The notes beneath the pieces were generated by a model. That model made no database searches and was not told where the DNA came from. It saw only the letters and a list, made by a program, of their open reading frames with translations. A DNA stretch of 64,000 bases, from positions 2,890,055 to 2,954,054 of the forward strand of contig CAWJWG010000001.1 in assembly GCA_963846545.1 (NCBI GenBank). The letters are read 5' to 3'. A program made the position numbers and the translations under genes. Shown piece by piece: positions 17,380-27,020 of the stretch (position 1 is its first letter; every line of letters begins with the position of its first letter). This DNA is from an uncultured Gemmatimonadales bacterium. GTDB taxonomy: Bacteria; Gemmatimonadota; Gemmatimonadetes; Gemmatimonadales; GWC2-71-9.

Positions 17380-18354
17380 TCAGGGAATGAGCAGGACCTT
17401 GCCCGTCGTGCGGCGTGCCTCGAGCTCCGTGTGCGCCTCGGCCGCAGCGGCCAAGGAAAACTCTCGCCCGATGCGGACGTCGAGCGTGCCATCGGCGATC
17501 CAGCCGAACAGCTCCTCCGACCGCTGGAGCAGCTCGGAGCGCGCCGCCATGTAGTTCGCCAGCGTGGGGCGGGTGAGGAAGAGCGAGCCCTTCTGGCTGA
17601 GCACCTGCGGATCGAACGGATCCACCGGACCGCTCGACTGGCCGTACAGTACCATCATCCCGCGAGGAGCCAGACAGTCGAGCCCCTTGAGAAAGGTCGT
17701 TCGTCCCACGGAGTCGTACACCACCTGCACCTTCGCGCCGCCGGTCAGACGCAGGGTCTCCGCCTGGAAATCGTCGCGGGTGTAGAGAATGACGTCGTGG
17801 GCCCCGGCCTCGCGCGCGAGCCGTGCCTTGTCCTCGGTGCTCACGGTGCCGATCACCCTGGCGCCGAGGCGCCGCGCCATCTGGCAGAGCAGCAGGCCGA
17901 CCCCGCCGGCGGCGGCGTGGACCAGACAGCTATCGCCGGGCCGCAGGGGATACGTGCTGTGGGTGAGGTAGTGCGCGGTGAGTCCCTGCAGGATTGCGGC
18001 GGCGGCGAGGCGGGAATCCACCCCCGCGGGAATCGGGACGGCGCGGTCGGCCGACACGATCGCATACTCGGCGTACCCTCCGATCAGGCTCTCCGCGACG
18101 ACTCGGTCACCGACACGGCAGGTCGTGACGCCTTCGCCGATCTGCTCCACCACGCCGGCCGCCTCGCGGCCGAGCGTGACCGGCAGGGCAGTCTTGTAGA
18201 GTCCCTTCCGATGGTAGACATCGATGAAGTTGACCCCGGCCGCCTCGACCCGAATCAGCACCTGCTGCTCGCCTGGCATCGGGCGAGGCACGTCCTCCAG
18301 GCGCAGTACCTCGGGACCGCCGTGGGTGTGGACCCGAATGGCCTTCACCAGCAC
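17380..18354 (-). CDS. qor: NADPH:quinone oxidoreductase (zeta-crystallin/MDR family)
   Basis: ORF track, 324 aa. [15 protein letters not shown]..., AAGGVGLL nucleotide-binding motif, and ...GKVLLIP end. Confidence 0.85.
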   Translation of the reverse strand: MLVKAIRVHTHGGPEVLRLEDVPRPMPGEQQVLIRVEAAGVNFIDVYHRKGLYKTALPVTLGREAAGVVEQIGEGVTTCRVGDRVVAESLIGGYAEYAIVSADRAVPIPAGVDSRLAAAAILQGLTAHYLTHSTYPLRPGDSCLVHAAAGGVGLLLCQMARRLGARVIGTVSTEDKARLAREAGAHDVILYTRDDFQAETLRLTGGAKVQVVYDSVGRTTFLKGLDCLAPRGMMVLYGQSSGPVDPFDPQVLSQKGSLFLTRPTLANYMAARSELLQRSEELFGWIADGTLDVRIGREFSLAAAAEAHTELEARRTTGKVLLIP

Positions 18355-18393
18355 TCCAGGTATGGGAATCGGCGAAATGTACGCCGTCCCGGC

Positions 18394-19068
18394 TCAGACG
18401 CCGACCAGGCGGCGTTCCGGTCCGGGGTATGCCGGATCGGCGAACACGCGTCGATCCCCCGCGGAGAGGGTGTCGGGCGCCACGGCCGCCGGCGCGGCAT
18501 TGTCGCGGGTCGTCCAGTCGAGCCCCTCGTAGCGGCTCGCTCCGCCTGGCCCCAGGTCCACCTCGTGACGGGTCATGATCGCGAGCGCATCCGGCGTCCG
18601 CCCGCGCGCGTCCACCGTCACCAGGATTCCGCCCGATCGAAGGCCCGAGTCGAAGTGTCGCGCATCCTCATCCGGCAGCCCGAGACCGACCAGAGCGCCG
18701 AGCAGTCCGCCGGTTGCCGCGCCGATCCCGGCCCCCGTGAGCATGGATGCGAGCACGCCCCCGGCGACAACGGGACCGAGTCCGGGCACGAGGACCGAGC
18801 CCAGCAGCCCGAGCAGTCCACCCACCAGCCCGCCACTCACGGCGCCCGTGGCCGCGCCGTCGGCTGTGTCAGTGGCGATGCGCTCGGCGCCGTCCACGTG
18901 CGCGTCCTGATCCTGCATCGCCACGCCGATGCGGTCGGAGGGAAATCCCGCGGCGGTCAGATCGCGCACCGCCGCCTCGGCCGCCGCGCGGCGGCCGAAG
19001 AGGCCGACCACGATGCGCGACGTCGTTTCCTGGGCGGGCGAGCCGGAGGTGCCGTTCGCAGAACTCAT
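18394..19068 (-). CDS. General-stress-protein-like protein with central glycine-zipper membrane segment (YflT/DUF1269-like)
   Basis: ORF track, 224 aa. N-terminal IVVGLFGRRAAAEAAVRDLTAAGF domain, G-rich zipper GGLVGGLLGLLG...GAGIGAATGGLLGALVGLG, then HFDSGLRSGGILVTV. Confidence 0.6.
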   Translation of the reverse strand: MSSANGTSGSPAQETTSRIVVGLFGRRAAAEAAVRDLTAAGFPSDRIGVAMQDQDAHVDGAERIATDTADGAATGAVSGGLVGGLLGLLGSVLVPGLGPVVAGGVLASMLTGAGIGAATGGLLGALVGLGLPDEDARHFDSGLRSGGILVTVDARGRTPDALAIMTRHEVDLGPGGASRYEGLDWTTRDNAAPAAVAPDTLSAGDRRVFADPAYPGPERRLVGV

Positions 19069-19247
19069 AGGGGACCCCTGGAATGCGGGAGCTGGAATGC
19101 GGGAGAACGACGTGCAAGCTACGAGGTGGTGGAAGGAGCCGTGGTGATGACCCTCACCACTGGCGGGTTAACGGGCGGATGGCCGGGTCGTCATCTCCGG
19201 AGTCTCCAGCCGCGACGAAAACCACCGATGACGAAAGGAGTGTCGCC

Positions 19248-20084
19248 ATGCGCGGACTCCCGCGACCCGTGTCGTCTGCTGCACTACGGGGCATCCTGCT
19301 GGTCCTTGCACTCGTGGGCTGCAGCGACGCCGGCGATCCATCGCCGGCCGGACTCTCCGAGGCCGAGACGGACGACATTGCCGAAGCCGTAGCGGACGAG
19401 AGCGACCAGTCCATCGAGGCGATCCGCCTCGACCGGCTCGGGTGTGCCGAGGTGAGTGACCCGGAGGACACGGACGGCGACGGCGCACCCGATGCCGCCA
19501 CCTTCACCTTCGTGCTGCCGGCCTGCAGCTTCACCGGGTTCCGGGGCGGCACGCTCGAGATCACCGGCACGATCGTCCTCAGCGACCCGACGCCGAGCGC
19601 TGCCGACTTCGCGTTTCAGGCGACCATGGACGACTTCACGTGGCGCTACACCAGCCCGAACCAGCGCCGCAGCTATGCAGCGGTGCGGAACGGCACTCGC
19701 GTCCTCACCGGCAACGGCGCTGGTCTCTCACTCAGCAACAACGTCACGGTGGAACGCTCCTATCCCGTGCGCGACCCCGGCACCGTCACCCACAACCTGC
19801 TGCTGAGCTTCACGCCGGCGGCTGGTGCGACGCTGGAGCCCGGCCTGCCGTTGCCCGACGGCACGTTCATGAAGAGCGGGACGTTCAGCTGGACGCGAAA
19901 CGGCAGGGCGCGAACCTTCGCGGTCACCACCGTTGCGCCGCTGGAGTGGGATGCTTCGTGTACCACCGACAGAAAAATCGTAGCGGGGGAGATCCGCGCG
20001 ACCCTGAGCGACGGGAGCTACGTCCGAACCGTGTGGACCGCCTGTGGCGAGGAGCCGGCGCGGACGTTCGTGCCGGCGAGCTGA
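19248..20084 (+). CDS. Hypothetical lipoprotein
   Basis: ORF 19083..20084 trimmed to ATG 19248, preceded by AAAGGAG. Signal peptide with lipobox LALVGCS. Confidence 0.6.
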   Translation: MRGLPRPVSSAALRGILLVLALVGCSDAGDPSPAGLSEAETDDIAEAVADESDQSIEAIRLDRLGCAEVSDPEDTDGDGAPDAATFTFVLPACSFTGFRGGTLEITGTIVLSDPTPSAADFAFQATMDDFTWRYTSPNQRRSYAAVRNGTRVLTGNGAGLSLSNNVTVERSYPVRDPGTVTHNLLLSFTPAAGATLEPGLPLPDGTFMKSGTFSWTRNGRARTFAVTTVAPLEWDASCTTDRKIVAGEIRATLSDGSYVRTVWTACGEEPARTFVPAS

Positions 20085-20102
20085 GCGGAGAACCGGGGCG
20101 CG

Positions 20103-21359
20103 CTAAGCGGCGATCCTGGTGCCCGTGAGATCGTCCGCCGGCGCCCGCCCGCGCCGGGTGTACTGGTCGAAGAAGGCGCGGGCCTGCTCCAGGTCGGACG
20201 GATTGAAGGAGGCGGGACCGAGAGACTGGCAGCCGGCCAGCGCGATGTCCACCAGATCGACCGACATGCGGTGCAGCGCGGGATCGCCCAGGCCGCTCCG
20301 GCCCGCGCGGTGCAGCAGACCGAGATCCGGACGGCCGAGCAGCTCGGCGGCGGCGCGGAGCGCGCGCGGGTCGTAGGTGATGCCGACGGCCAGCGCGATT
20401 GGCGCCGCGTACCACTGCGGCGACACGGCATCCGACGAGCGGAGCTCGAGGTGGCCGCGCGGACGTACCTCCGGGAAGAGCGTGCTGAGATGCTCGCGCC
20501 ACTCCTCCATGGTCGGCTGGGCGAGCCGGAGCCAGTCGCCGAAGGCCCGAAACTCGCCGCCCAGGCGGGGCAGCAGAATCGCCGGCGCCTCGAGCGCGAA
20601 GTCGAGGTACGCCCCCACCGGTGCGCTCTCATCCCAGGGCAGTCCCGTCCGAGCGGGGTCGAGCTCGCGCCAGATCTGCGCGCGGCTGCTGCGGCACCCC
20701 GTCGGGACGCCCGCGTAGACCGGTGAGTTGGCGAAGATCGCGGTGACGCAGGGCGCGGCCGCGTTCAGCACGGTCCAGCGAAGGCGCGGGTCGTCGTCGA
20801 GATCGAGGCTCACCTGGAAGGCCGCGGTCTGCCGCATCATCTTGGCGCCCGACGGACCGATCCCGGCGAGATATTCCGCCATTCTAGCGTACCGCTTGCT
20901 GGACAGCAGGAGCGGGGCGTCCTCGGCGGAATTGTACGGATCGATGCCCATGGCGAGCAGCTCGATGCCGTCGTTGGCTGCCGCTGCCCGCAGTGGGGGA
21001 ATCGTCGCGCGGAGCAACGCCAGCAGCGCGCTCGGCGAGCGCGCGGCCGGGGAGCTGTACTCGAGCTGCCCGCCGGGCTCGAACGTGATCGTGCCGCCCG
21101 CGGCCAGCTCGAAGCAGGGCGTTCCCTTGGCGGTACGTGTCTCCAGCCACCCCTGCCGGGCGCCGTAGCGCCGGAGGAACGGGAGCGTGCCCGGAGCCCC
21201 ATCCGACTCCAGCGGACACCGTCGGCCCGTGGCCGAGTCCACCGGGATCAGCTCGACCTCCGCGCCGACGCGACGGGGCGTCAGGGTGGCACTCGCCGGC
21301 GCGGCGAAGACGTGCGTCGCCAGATCGGCTTCGAGCGTGGCCCGCAGGATACGACTCAC
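20103..21359 (-). CDS. egtA: Glutamate--cysteine ligase, EgtA-type (GCS2 family)
   Basis: ORF 20103..21410 trimmed to GTG 21357-21359, which forms a GTGA overlap with the egtD stop. GAEVELIPVD, TFEPGGQLEYSS and AAFQVSLD motifs of family-2 gamma-glutamylcysteine ligases. It sits in the egtB-egtD context. Confidence 0.75.
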   Translation of the reverse strand: MSRILRATLEADLATHVFAAPASATLTPRRVGAEVELIPVDSATGRRCPLESDGAPGTLPFLRRYGARQGWLETRTAKGTPCFELAAGGTITFEPGGQLEYSSPAARSPSALLALLRATIPPLRAAAANDGIELLAMGIDPYNSAEDAPLLLSSKRYARMAEYLAGIGPSGAKMMRQTAAFQVSLDLDDDPRLRWTVLNAAAPCVTAIFANSPVYAGVPTGCRSSRAQIWRELDPARTGLPWDESAPVGAYLDFALEAPAILLPRLGGEFRAFGDWLRLAQPTMEEWREHLSTLFPEVRPRGHLELRSSDAVSPQWYAAPIALAVGITYDPRALRAAAELLGRPDLGLLHRAGRSGLGDPALHRMSVDLVDIALAGCQSLGPASFNPSDLEQARAFFDQYTRRGRAPADDLTGTRIAA

Positions 21360-22318
21360 GCCGGCGCTCCCACCACCAGCGCGAAGAGCGAGTCGGGATC
21401 GGTCCGCCACGCCTCGATCTCGAGACCGGCCGACTCGAACAGCTGGGCGACACTCTCCCGGTCGTGCTTGCAGCTGATCTCGGTCCGGAGCGACTCGCCC
21501 GCCGCGAACCGGATCGTGCCCACGCCCGGAACCTCGACCCGCTGCTCCCGGCGGGAAACCAGGTGCATCTCGATCCGGTGCGCCACCGGCTCGTAGAACG
21601 CCCGGTGATCGAACGCCATCGGATCGAAGCTCGCGCCCAGCTCCTGGTTCAGGACCAGCAGCATGTTCCGGTTGAACGCTGCCGTCACCCCAGCGGCGTC
21701 GTTGTACGCCGCCTCGATCCTCGCGACGTCCTTCCGCAGGTCCACACCCATGAGGAACCGGTCACCCGGCTCCATCGCGGCGCGCACCCGGCCGAGCAGA
21801 CGGATCGCGGCCGTCGGATAGAAGTTGCCGATGGTGCCGCCGAGAAAGGCGTAGAGCGCGGGACGCGGCAGCCGGCGCGGGAGGGTGAAGTCCTCCGAGA
21901 TGTCGGCGATCGCGGGCTCCACGGCGAGGCGCGGGTACTCACGGCGAAGCCGGGTCGCGGTCTGGCTCAGGAACGAGGCGCTCACGTCGATCGGCACGTA
22001 GAGCTCCGCGGTGCCGGCGGCGCGCATCGCGTTCAGGATGACCCGGCTCTTCTCGGCGCTCCCCGCACCCAGCTCCAGCAGCGTGCGCGTCCCCAGGCGC
22101 CGAATGAGTCCCGGCATCCAGGCCTCGAGCAGCGCCCGCTCCGTGCGGGTGGGATAGTACTCCTCCAGCCGCGTGATCTCCTCGAACAGCTCCGACCCCC
22201 GCTGATCGTAGAAGTACTTGGGCGACAGCTCCTTCTGCGGCGACGACAGGCCCGCCGCCACCTCCGCGACCATTCGCGGATCGGCGGTGGTCTCACGAAC
22301 CAGTGGTCTAGAGGTCAC
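21356..22318 (-). CDS. egtD: L-histidine N-alpha-methyltransferase
   Basis: Within ORF 21356..22507. PKYFYDQRGSELFEEITRLEEYYPTRTE and LLELGAGSAEKSR are hallmark EgtD motifs. A GTG start at 22316-22318 gives 320 aa; an alternative ATG is at 22273. Confidence 0.85.
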   Translation of the reverse strand: MTSRPLVRETTADPRMVAEVAAGLSSPQKELSPKYFYDQRGSELFEEITRLEEYYPTRTERALLEAWMPGLIRRLGTRTLLELGAGSAEKSRVILNAMRAAGTAELYVPIDVSASFLSQTATRLRREYPRLAVEPAIADISEDFTLPRRLPRPALYAFLGGTIGNFYPTAAIRLLGRVRAAMEPGDRFLMGVDLRKDVARIEAAYNDAAGVTAAFNRNMLLVLNQELGASFDPMAFDHRAFYEPVAHRIEMHLVSRREQRVEVPGVGTIRFAAGESLRTEISCKHDRESVAQLFESAGLEIEAWRTDPDSLFALVVGAPA

Positions 22319-23633
22319 GGGCGCACCTGAAGCCGCTGAAGATCTGGCGGCGGATGGGGTAATCCCAGTTGCGGAAGGTGTTGCGCGCCGCACCGGACCG
22401 GGTGGCCCACGAGCCGCCGCGAAGAACCTTGTACTCGCCGCCGAAGAAGACCTCGGAATACTCCGGATAGGGGAACGACACGAAGCCGGGCCAGGGCCGG
22501 AAGTCACTCGAAGTCCACTCCCAGACGTCGCCGATCATGCCGTAGCAGCCGATGGGGGAAACGTTCCTGGGATACGCGCCGAGAGGCGAGGTGCCGAAGG
22601 CCAACTGATCCACGTTGGCCAGCGCGCTGGTGTCCGGATCATCCCCCCAGGGGAACTCGCGCTTCCGGCCCGTCGCCGGATCCCAGGAGGCCGCGGCCTC
22701 CCACTCGATCTCCGTCGGCAGGCGCTTCCCCGCGTAGCGCGCGAAGGCTTCCGCCTCATGCCACGACACGTGGCACACCGGATGACTGGGATCCACCTCG
22801 GCGGTGCGATCCATCGTCCGCGTCATCCATCGCCCGTCGCGCTGGAACCAGTACTTCGGGGCTTCGGCGGCAGACTCCTCCAACCACCGGCGTCCCGCCT
22901 CGGACCAAAGCTCGGCCCGCTGGTACCCACCCGCCGCGATGAACGCCAGGTAATCGGCGTTGGTCACGGGGTATGCGTCGATGAGGAACGGACGCACATC
23001 CACCCGATGCCGTGGCCGCTCGTTGTCGTAGGCCTCGGAGCGATCGTCGGTACCGATCTCCACCGCGCCGCCGGGGAAGCGGACCATGGTGCCCGGGACG
23101 GACACCGGGGTCGAGACCGGCGGCGGGGACATACGGAGCACAGGCGTGTACGGAGTGCCCTGTTTGAGCTGAAGCGTCTGGAGGATGGTCTCGTTGTGCT
23201 GGTATTCGTGCTGCAGAACCATGTTGTAGACGTAGCCGTCGCGGAGGAGCGGATTGGCGTCGTCCAGATCCGTGGCCTCGATCCGGGCCAGCACCGACCG
23301 GCGGATCTCTTCCATGACCTCGCGACACCGATCGATGCCCGGGAGCGGCAGGGCACCCCGCGTGCTCCGCGGATGCTCGAAGGGGTTGTACAGCCCGGGC
23401 ATCTCGACGAACTCGATGGGGCCGTCGAGGTTCCGGGTGAGCCAGAGCTCCTCGAAGTGCGCGATGTGCCCCAGGTCCCAGAGGACGGGGCTCATCAGCG
23501 GGTCGTGCTGCGCGCGCAGCTCCTCGTCACTGAGGGGGGCGACCAGCTGAAACGTTCGGGTACGTGCCTCACGCAGGCGCTCGGCAAAGGAACGGAGCAG
23601 GGCGCGGTCGAGCGCCACGGCGGTCGTCATCAT
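22308..23633 (-). CDS. egtB: Ergothioneine-biosynthesis sulfoxide synthase (DinB_2 + FGE-sulfatase domains)
   Basis: ORF track, 441 aa. N-terminal DinB-like HxxxH region (SPVLWDLGHIAHFEELWL, HEYQHNE) and C-terminal FGE-like domain (FLIDAYPVTNADY, RLPTEIEWE, GDVWEWT, RGGSWAT). Confidence 0.85.
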   Translation of the reverse strand: MMTTAVALDRALLRSFAERLREARTRTFQLVAPLSDEELRAQHDPLMSPVLWDLGHIAHFEELWLTRNLDGPIEFVEMPGLYNPFEHPRSTRGALPLPGIDRCREVMEEIRRSVLARIEATDLDDANPLLRDGYVYNMVLQHEYQHNETILQTLQLKQGTPYTPVLRMSPPPVSTPVSVPGTMVRFPGGAVEIGTDDRSEAYDNERPRHRVDVRPFLIDAYPVTNADYLAFIAAGGYQRAELWSEAGRRWLEESAAEAPKYWFQRDGRWMTRTMDRTAEVDPSHPVCHVSWHEAEAFARYAGKRLPTEIEWEAAASWDPATGRKREFPWGDDPDTSALANVDQLAFGTSPLGAYPRNVSPIGCYGMIGDVWEWTSSDFRPWPGFVSFPYPEYSEVFFGGEYKVLRGGSWATRSGAARNTFRNWDYPIRRQIFSGFRCARDL

Positions 23634-23653
23634 TTCACTCCTCGCCCGACCGG

Positions 23654-25030
23654 TCAGTCGAGCGTCGTAAACAAGGTGTTCAGCGACTCCGCCAACGTGG
23701 GGTGGGCGAAGACCGCCTCGCGAATCGTATCATACGGCACGTTTCCCGTCATGGCGAGTTGGAAGACCGCCATGAGCTCCCCGCCCTCGATTCCAAGTAC
23801 CGTGGCACCAAGGATTTGCCGTGTTTCGGGATGCACTAAGACCTTCATCAATCCACGCGATTCGTCCATCTCCAGAGCCCTGGCCACATAGCTCATCGGG
23901 ATGGTGGCGACGCGGTAGGACCGGCCGGCCTTTTTCGCCTCGCGCTCGTTCAGCCCGATCCGTCCCAATTGCGGGTCCATGAACACGGTGTAGGGCACCG
24001 CGCGATTCGCGGTGGTCCTGGAACCGCCGGCCAGCAGGTTGTCGCGGACGATCCGGAAATCGTCGTAGGAGATGTGAGTGAAGGCGGGCCCTCCCTTCAC
24101 GTCGCCCAGTGCGTAGACCCCTGGGGCCGTAGTCTCCAGGCGCTCGTTGGCGCGGATGAACCCCTTGGCATCGGTCTCGACCCCGCCGGCCCCAGGGTCG
24201 AGGCGATCGGTGTTGGGCACCCGGCCCGCGGCCAGGAGCACGTGCGACCCCTCGACCGTCCGGTCACCGTCCGGTGTCCGGACGATGAGGCGCACCTGCC
24301 CGCCGTCCAGCCGTTCGGCACAGCGCGCCTCGGCCTGGAGATGCACCTCCACGCCGTCCTCCCTCAGGACCCCGAGCACGGCCTCGGCGATGTCCTCGTC
24401 CTCCAGCGGCAGCAGCTGGCGGCCGCGCTGAACGACCGTGACCTCGCTGCCGAAGCGGCGGAACATCTGGGCGAACTCGAGGCCGATGTACCCTCCACCC
24501 AGCACAAGGAGATGACGCGGGACTTCCCCGAGCTCCATGATGGTGGTGGAATCGAGCGGGCCGACGTCCGCGAGGCCCGGGACGTCGGGCGGTGCGGGAC
24601 GGCCGCCGGTATTGATGAAGACCAGGTCCGAGGTACAGGTCCGTCCGTTCACGGCAACCGTCCGCGGGGCCACGAAGCGCGCCTCACCGAAGACGAGCTC
24701 GAGGCCCTCGGCGCTCTCGATCCGCCGCTGGCTCCCGTTTCGGAAGCTGTCCACGATCGCCCGCTTGCGCTCACGGACGCGGGCCAGGTTCACCCGGACC
24801 TCCCCCGTCTGCACTCCGTAGTCGCCGCCTCGCCGGGCCAGGTAGGCGACCCGCGCGCTGGCGACCATGGTCTTGGTCGGGGTGCACCCCTCGTTGATGC
24901 AGGTGCCGCCCACGTGCGTTCGCTCGATCAGGAGCGTCCGCCGCCCTGCCTTGGCGAGGGCGGTGGACAGGGGTCCCCCGGCCTGGCCGGCGCCGATGAC
25001 GATGGCATCGAAATGCTCGTGTGCGGACAT
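23654..25030 (-). CDS. Class-I pyridine nucleotide-disulfide oxidoreductase (MerA/Lpd-like flavoprotein disulfide reductase, no NmerA domain)
   Basis: ORF 23654..25057 (TTG) trimmed to ATG 25028-25030. FAD motif DAIVIGAGQAGG, redox-active CxxxxC in GGTCINEGCTPTK, NAD motif VLGGGYIGLE, and C-terminal dimerisation domain HPTLAE. Confidence 0.85.
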   Translation of the reverse strand: MSAHEHFDAIVIGAGQAGGPLSTALAKAGRRTLLIERTHVGGTCINEGCTPTKTMVASARVAYLARRGGDYGVQTGEVRVNLARVRERKRAIVDSFRNGSQRRIESAEGLELVFGEARFVAPRTVAVNGRTCTSDLVFINTGGRPAPPDVPGLADVGPLDSTTIMELGEVPRHLLVLGGGYIGLEFAQMFRRFGSEVTVVQRGRQLLPLEDEDIAEAVLGVLREDGVEVHLQAEARCAERLDGGQVRLIVRTPDGDRTVEGSHVLLAAGRVPNTDRLDPGAGGVETDAKGFIRANERLETTAPGVYALGDVKGGPAFTHISYDDFRIVRDNLLAGGSRTTANRAVPYTVFMDPQLGRIGLNEREAKKAGRSYRVATIPMSYVARALEMDESRGLMKVLVHPETRQILGATVLGIEGGELMAVFQLAMTGNVPYDTIREAVFAHPTLAESLNTLFTTLD

Positions 25031-25222
25031 CGAAACCGTGTGGTGAGGGTGGTCCAACCGGACAGAGTTGGAACGACCGCAGCGCCCGGATGGTTCCGAT
25101 CGCTAGCGGCGGGCGCCTATCTCCACAGGCGGATGCGGTACATGTCGCCGAGTCCGTTGCCGATCCCCGGTCGGACGCTCCGGCATCTCCGGGTGGGCCA
25201 GACCGGCCGGCGGCACCGAGTC

Positions 25223-25266
25223 GAAGTGACCCCGAGAGCTGCTGGAAGTGACCCCGAGAACTGCTG
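25223..25266. repeat. Tandem direct repeat, 2 x 22 bp
   Basis: GAAGTGACCCCGAGAGCTGCTG (25223-25244) is followed immediately by GAAGTGACCCCGAGAACTGCTG (25245-25266), with one mismatch. Intergenic. Confidence 0.9.
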
Positions 25267-25277
25267 AAGGAAAGGTA

Positions 25278-25296
25278 CGTATCCCCGGGGGATACG
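25278..25296. promoter_or_regulatory. 19-bp perfect palindrome (candidate operator)
   Basis: CGTATCCCC-G-GGGGATACG read directly. It sits between the two tandem-repeat pairs in the 366-nt intergenic region upstream of the disulfide reductase gene. Confidence 0.4.
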
Positions 25297-25304
25297 CTGT
25301 GATA

Positions 25305-25343
25305 GAGGTCTCCTTTCGCCGAATTGAGGTCTCCTTTCGCCGA
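25305..25343. repeat. Tandem direct repeat, 2 x 18 bp at 21-bp period
   Basis: GAGGTCTCCTTTCGCCGA occurs at 25305-25322 and again, identical, at 25326-25343. Intergenic. Confidence 0.9.
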
Positions 25344-25423
25344 GTGGACTTGGGTGGTCGGCCTGGCCCCCTGGGGGCCCGCTCCACCATCCAGATGTCC
25401 CGACGACCGCTCCCCTGCCGGTG

Positions 25424-27001
25424 TCAGTCCGCGGGGGCCTTCAGCAGGGCCAGCTCGATGGCGTCGCAGAGGGCCAGCCAGCTCGCCTCGATGATGTTGG
25501 CGGAGCATCCGACCGTGCTCCACCGCTCCGCCCCGCGGGCCGACTCGATGATGACCCGGGGCCGTGCCGCCGTGCCCAGGTGCTCGTCCACGATGCGAAC
25601 CTTGTAGTCCACCAGGTGCACCGCCGCCAGCGCCGGATAGTGCGGCAGGAGCGCCTTCCGCACCGCCCGGTCGAGCGCATTGACCGGCCCGTCGCCCTCC
25701 GCCGCGGTGTGCACGACGTCGTCGCCCACTCGCAGCTTGACGGTGGCCTGCGACCGAATGCCGTCGCCCCCGCGCTTCTCCACGATGACGGTGAAGTCGT
25801 CCACCTCGAAGGGCGCGCGGTAGGCAGCCTGACTCCTCCGCACCAGCATCTCGAACGACCCCTCCGCGGCCTCGAACTGAAAGCCGAGATGCTCCAGGTC
25901 CTTGATCCGCTGGAGCACGGCGGCTTCGTCGTCGCCGGCGGCCACGCCGAGCTCCTGGGCCCGGAGGCGGACGTTCCGCCGGCCCGCCACTTCGCTCACC
26001 ACCACGCGGCTCGCATTCCCGACCAGGCCGGGGTCTACGTGCTGGTAGCTCTCAGGCACCTTGGCGACCGCCGCGACGTGAATGCCGCCCTTGTGAGCGA
26101 ACGCGCTCCGCCCGACGTACGGGGCATGGGGATCGGGGTGCTGGTTGGCCACGTCCGCCACGAAGTGCGACACCTCGCTCAGCCGGCGGAGCGCGTCGCC
26201 CGGGAGCAGCCGGTAGCCCAGCTTGAGCTGGAGCGTCGCCACCAGGGGCACGAGATCGAGATTGCCGCATCGCTCGCCGTAGCCGTTGATGGTGCCCTGA
26301 ACCTGGACGCAGCCCGCGCGCACCGCCGCGAGCGCGTTCGCGACCGCGAGACCCGCGTCGTTGTGCGGGTGGATCCCCAGCGGCGTGCCGAGGCGCTCGC
26401 GCAGCTGGAGCACGCGCTCGGCCACCACGTCCGGCAGCTCCCCTCCATTGGTATCGCAGAGCACCAGCACGTCCGCCCCGGCGTCCTCCGCGGCTTCCAG
26501 TGTGGCGAGCGCATAGACGGGGTCGAGCCGCCAGCCGTCGAAGAAGTGCTCCGCGTCGTACACCACCTCGCGGCCCAGCCGCTTGAACCAGCCGACGCTG
26601 TCGGCCACCATGCGGAGGTTCTCGTCGCGCGACGTCTCCAGCACCCGGTCCACGTGCAGGGTCGAGGTCTTCCCCACCAGGGTCACGACCGGCGTGCCGG
26701 CGTCCTCCAGCGCCCGGATGCTGGCGTCGTCCTCGCAGTGCACCCCGGCGCGTCGGGTGCTGCCGAACGCCGCGACCCTGGCCCGGGCCGGCGGGGCGGC
26801 CCGCATCCGGCGGAAGAACTCCGCGTCCTTGGGGTTGGACCCGGGCCAGCCGCCCTCGATATACTGCACGCCGAGCCGGTCCAGCGCCCGCGCGATCTTC
26901 ACTTTATCGCCCACGGACAGCGAGAGACCTTCGCGCTGGGTCCCGTCGCGCAAGGTGGTATCGTAGAGCCGGACCGATGGTGCGGCGGCGGTGTCGGGCA
27001 T
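25424..27001 (-). CDS. cimA: Citramalate synthase / 2-isopropylmalate synthase family (CimA-type, ~525 aa)
   Basis: ORF track, 525 aa. LYDTTLRDGTQREG, YIEGGWPGSNPKD, HPHNDAG motifs, plus a C-terminal LeuA-dimer regulatory domain. Confidence 0.8.
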   Translation of the reverse strand: MPDTAAAPSVRLYDTTLRDGTQREGLSLSVGDKVKIARALDRLGVQYIEGGWPGSNPKDAEFFRRMRAAPPARARVAAFGSTRRAGVHCEDDASIRALEDAGTPVVTLVGKTSTLHVDRVLETSRDENLRMVADSVGWFKRLGREVVYDAEHFFDGWRLDPVYALATLEAAEDAGADVLVLCDTNGGELPDVVAERVLQLRERLGTPLGIHPHNDAGLAVANALAAVRAGCVQVQGTINGYGERCGNLDLVPLVATLQLKLGYRLLPGDALRRLSEVSHFVADVANQHPDPHAPYVGRSAFAHKGGIHVAAVAKVPESYQHVDPGLVGNASRVVVSEVAGRRNVRLRAQELGVAAGDDEAAVLQRIKDLEHLGFQFEAAEGSFEMLVRRSQAAYRAPFEVDDFTVIVEKRGGDGIRSQATVKLRVGDDVVHTAAEGDGPVNALDRAVRKALLPHYPALAAVHLVDYKVRIVDEHLGTAARPRVIIESARGAERWSTVGCSANIIEASWLALCDAIELALLKAPAD

Positions 27002-27020
27002 GACACTCCCGGAAAAAGGA

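Noticed and set aside
25103-25390. 95-aa minus-strand ORF containing RRKETSIRRKETSI
   Set aside because: Its peptide repeats simply mirror the intergenic DNA tandem repeats. The composition is not protein-like, and no RBS or conserved domain is recognisable.
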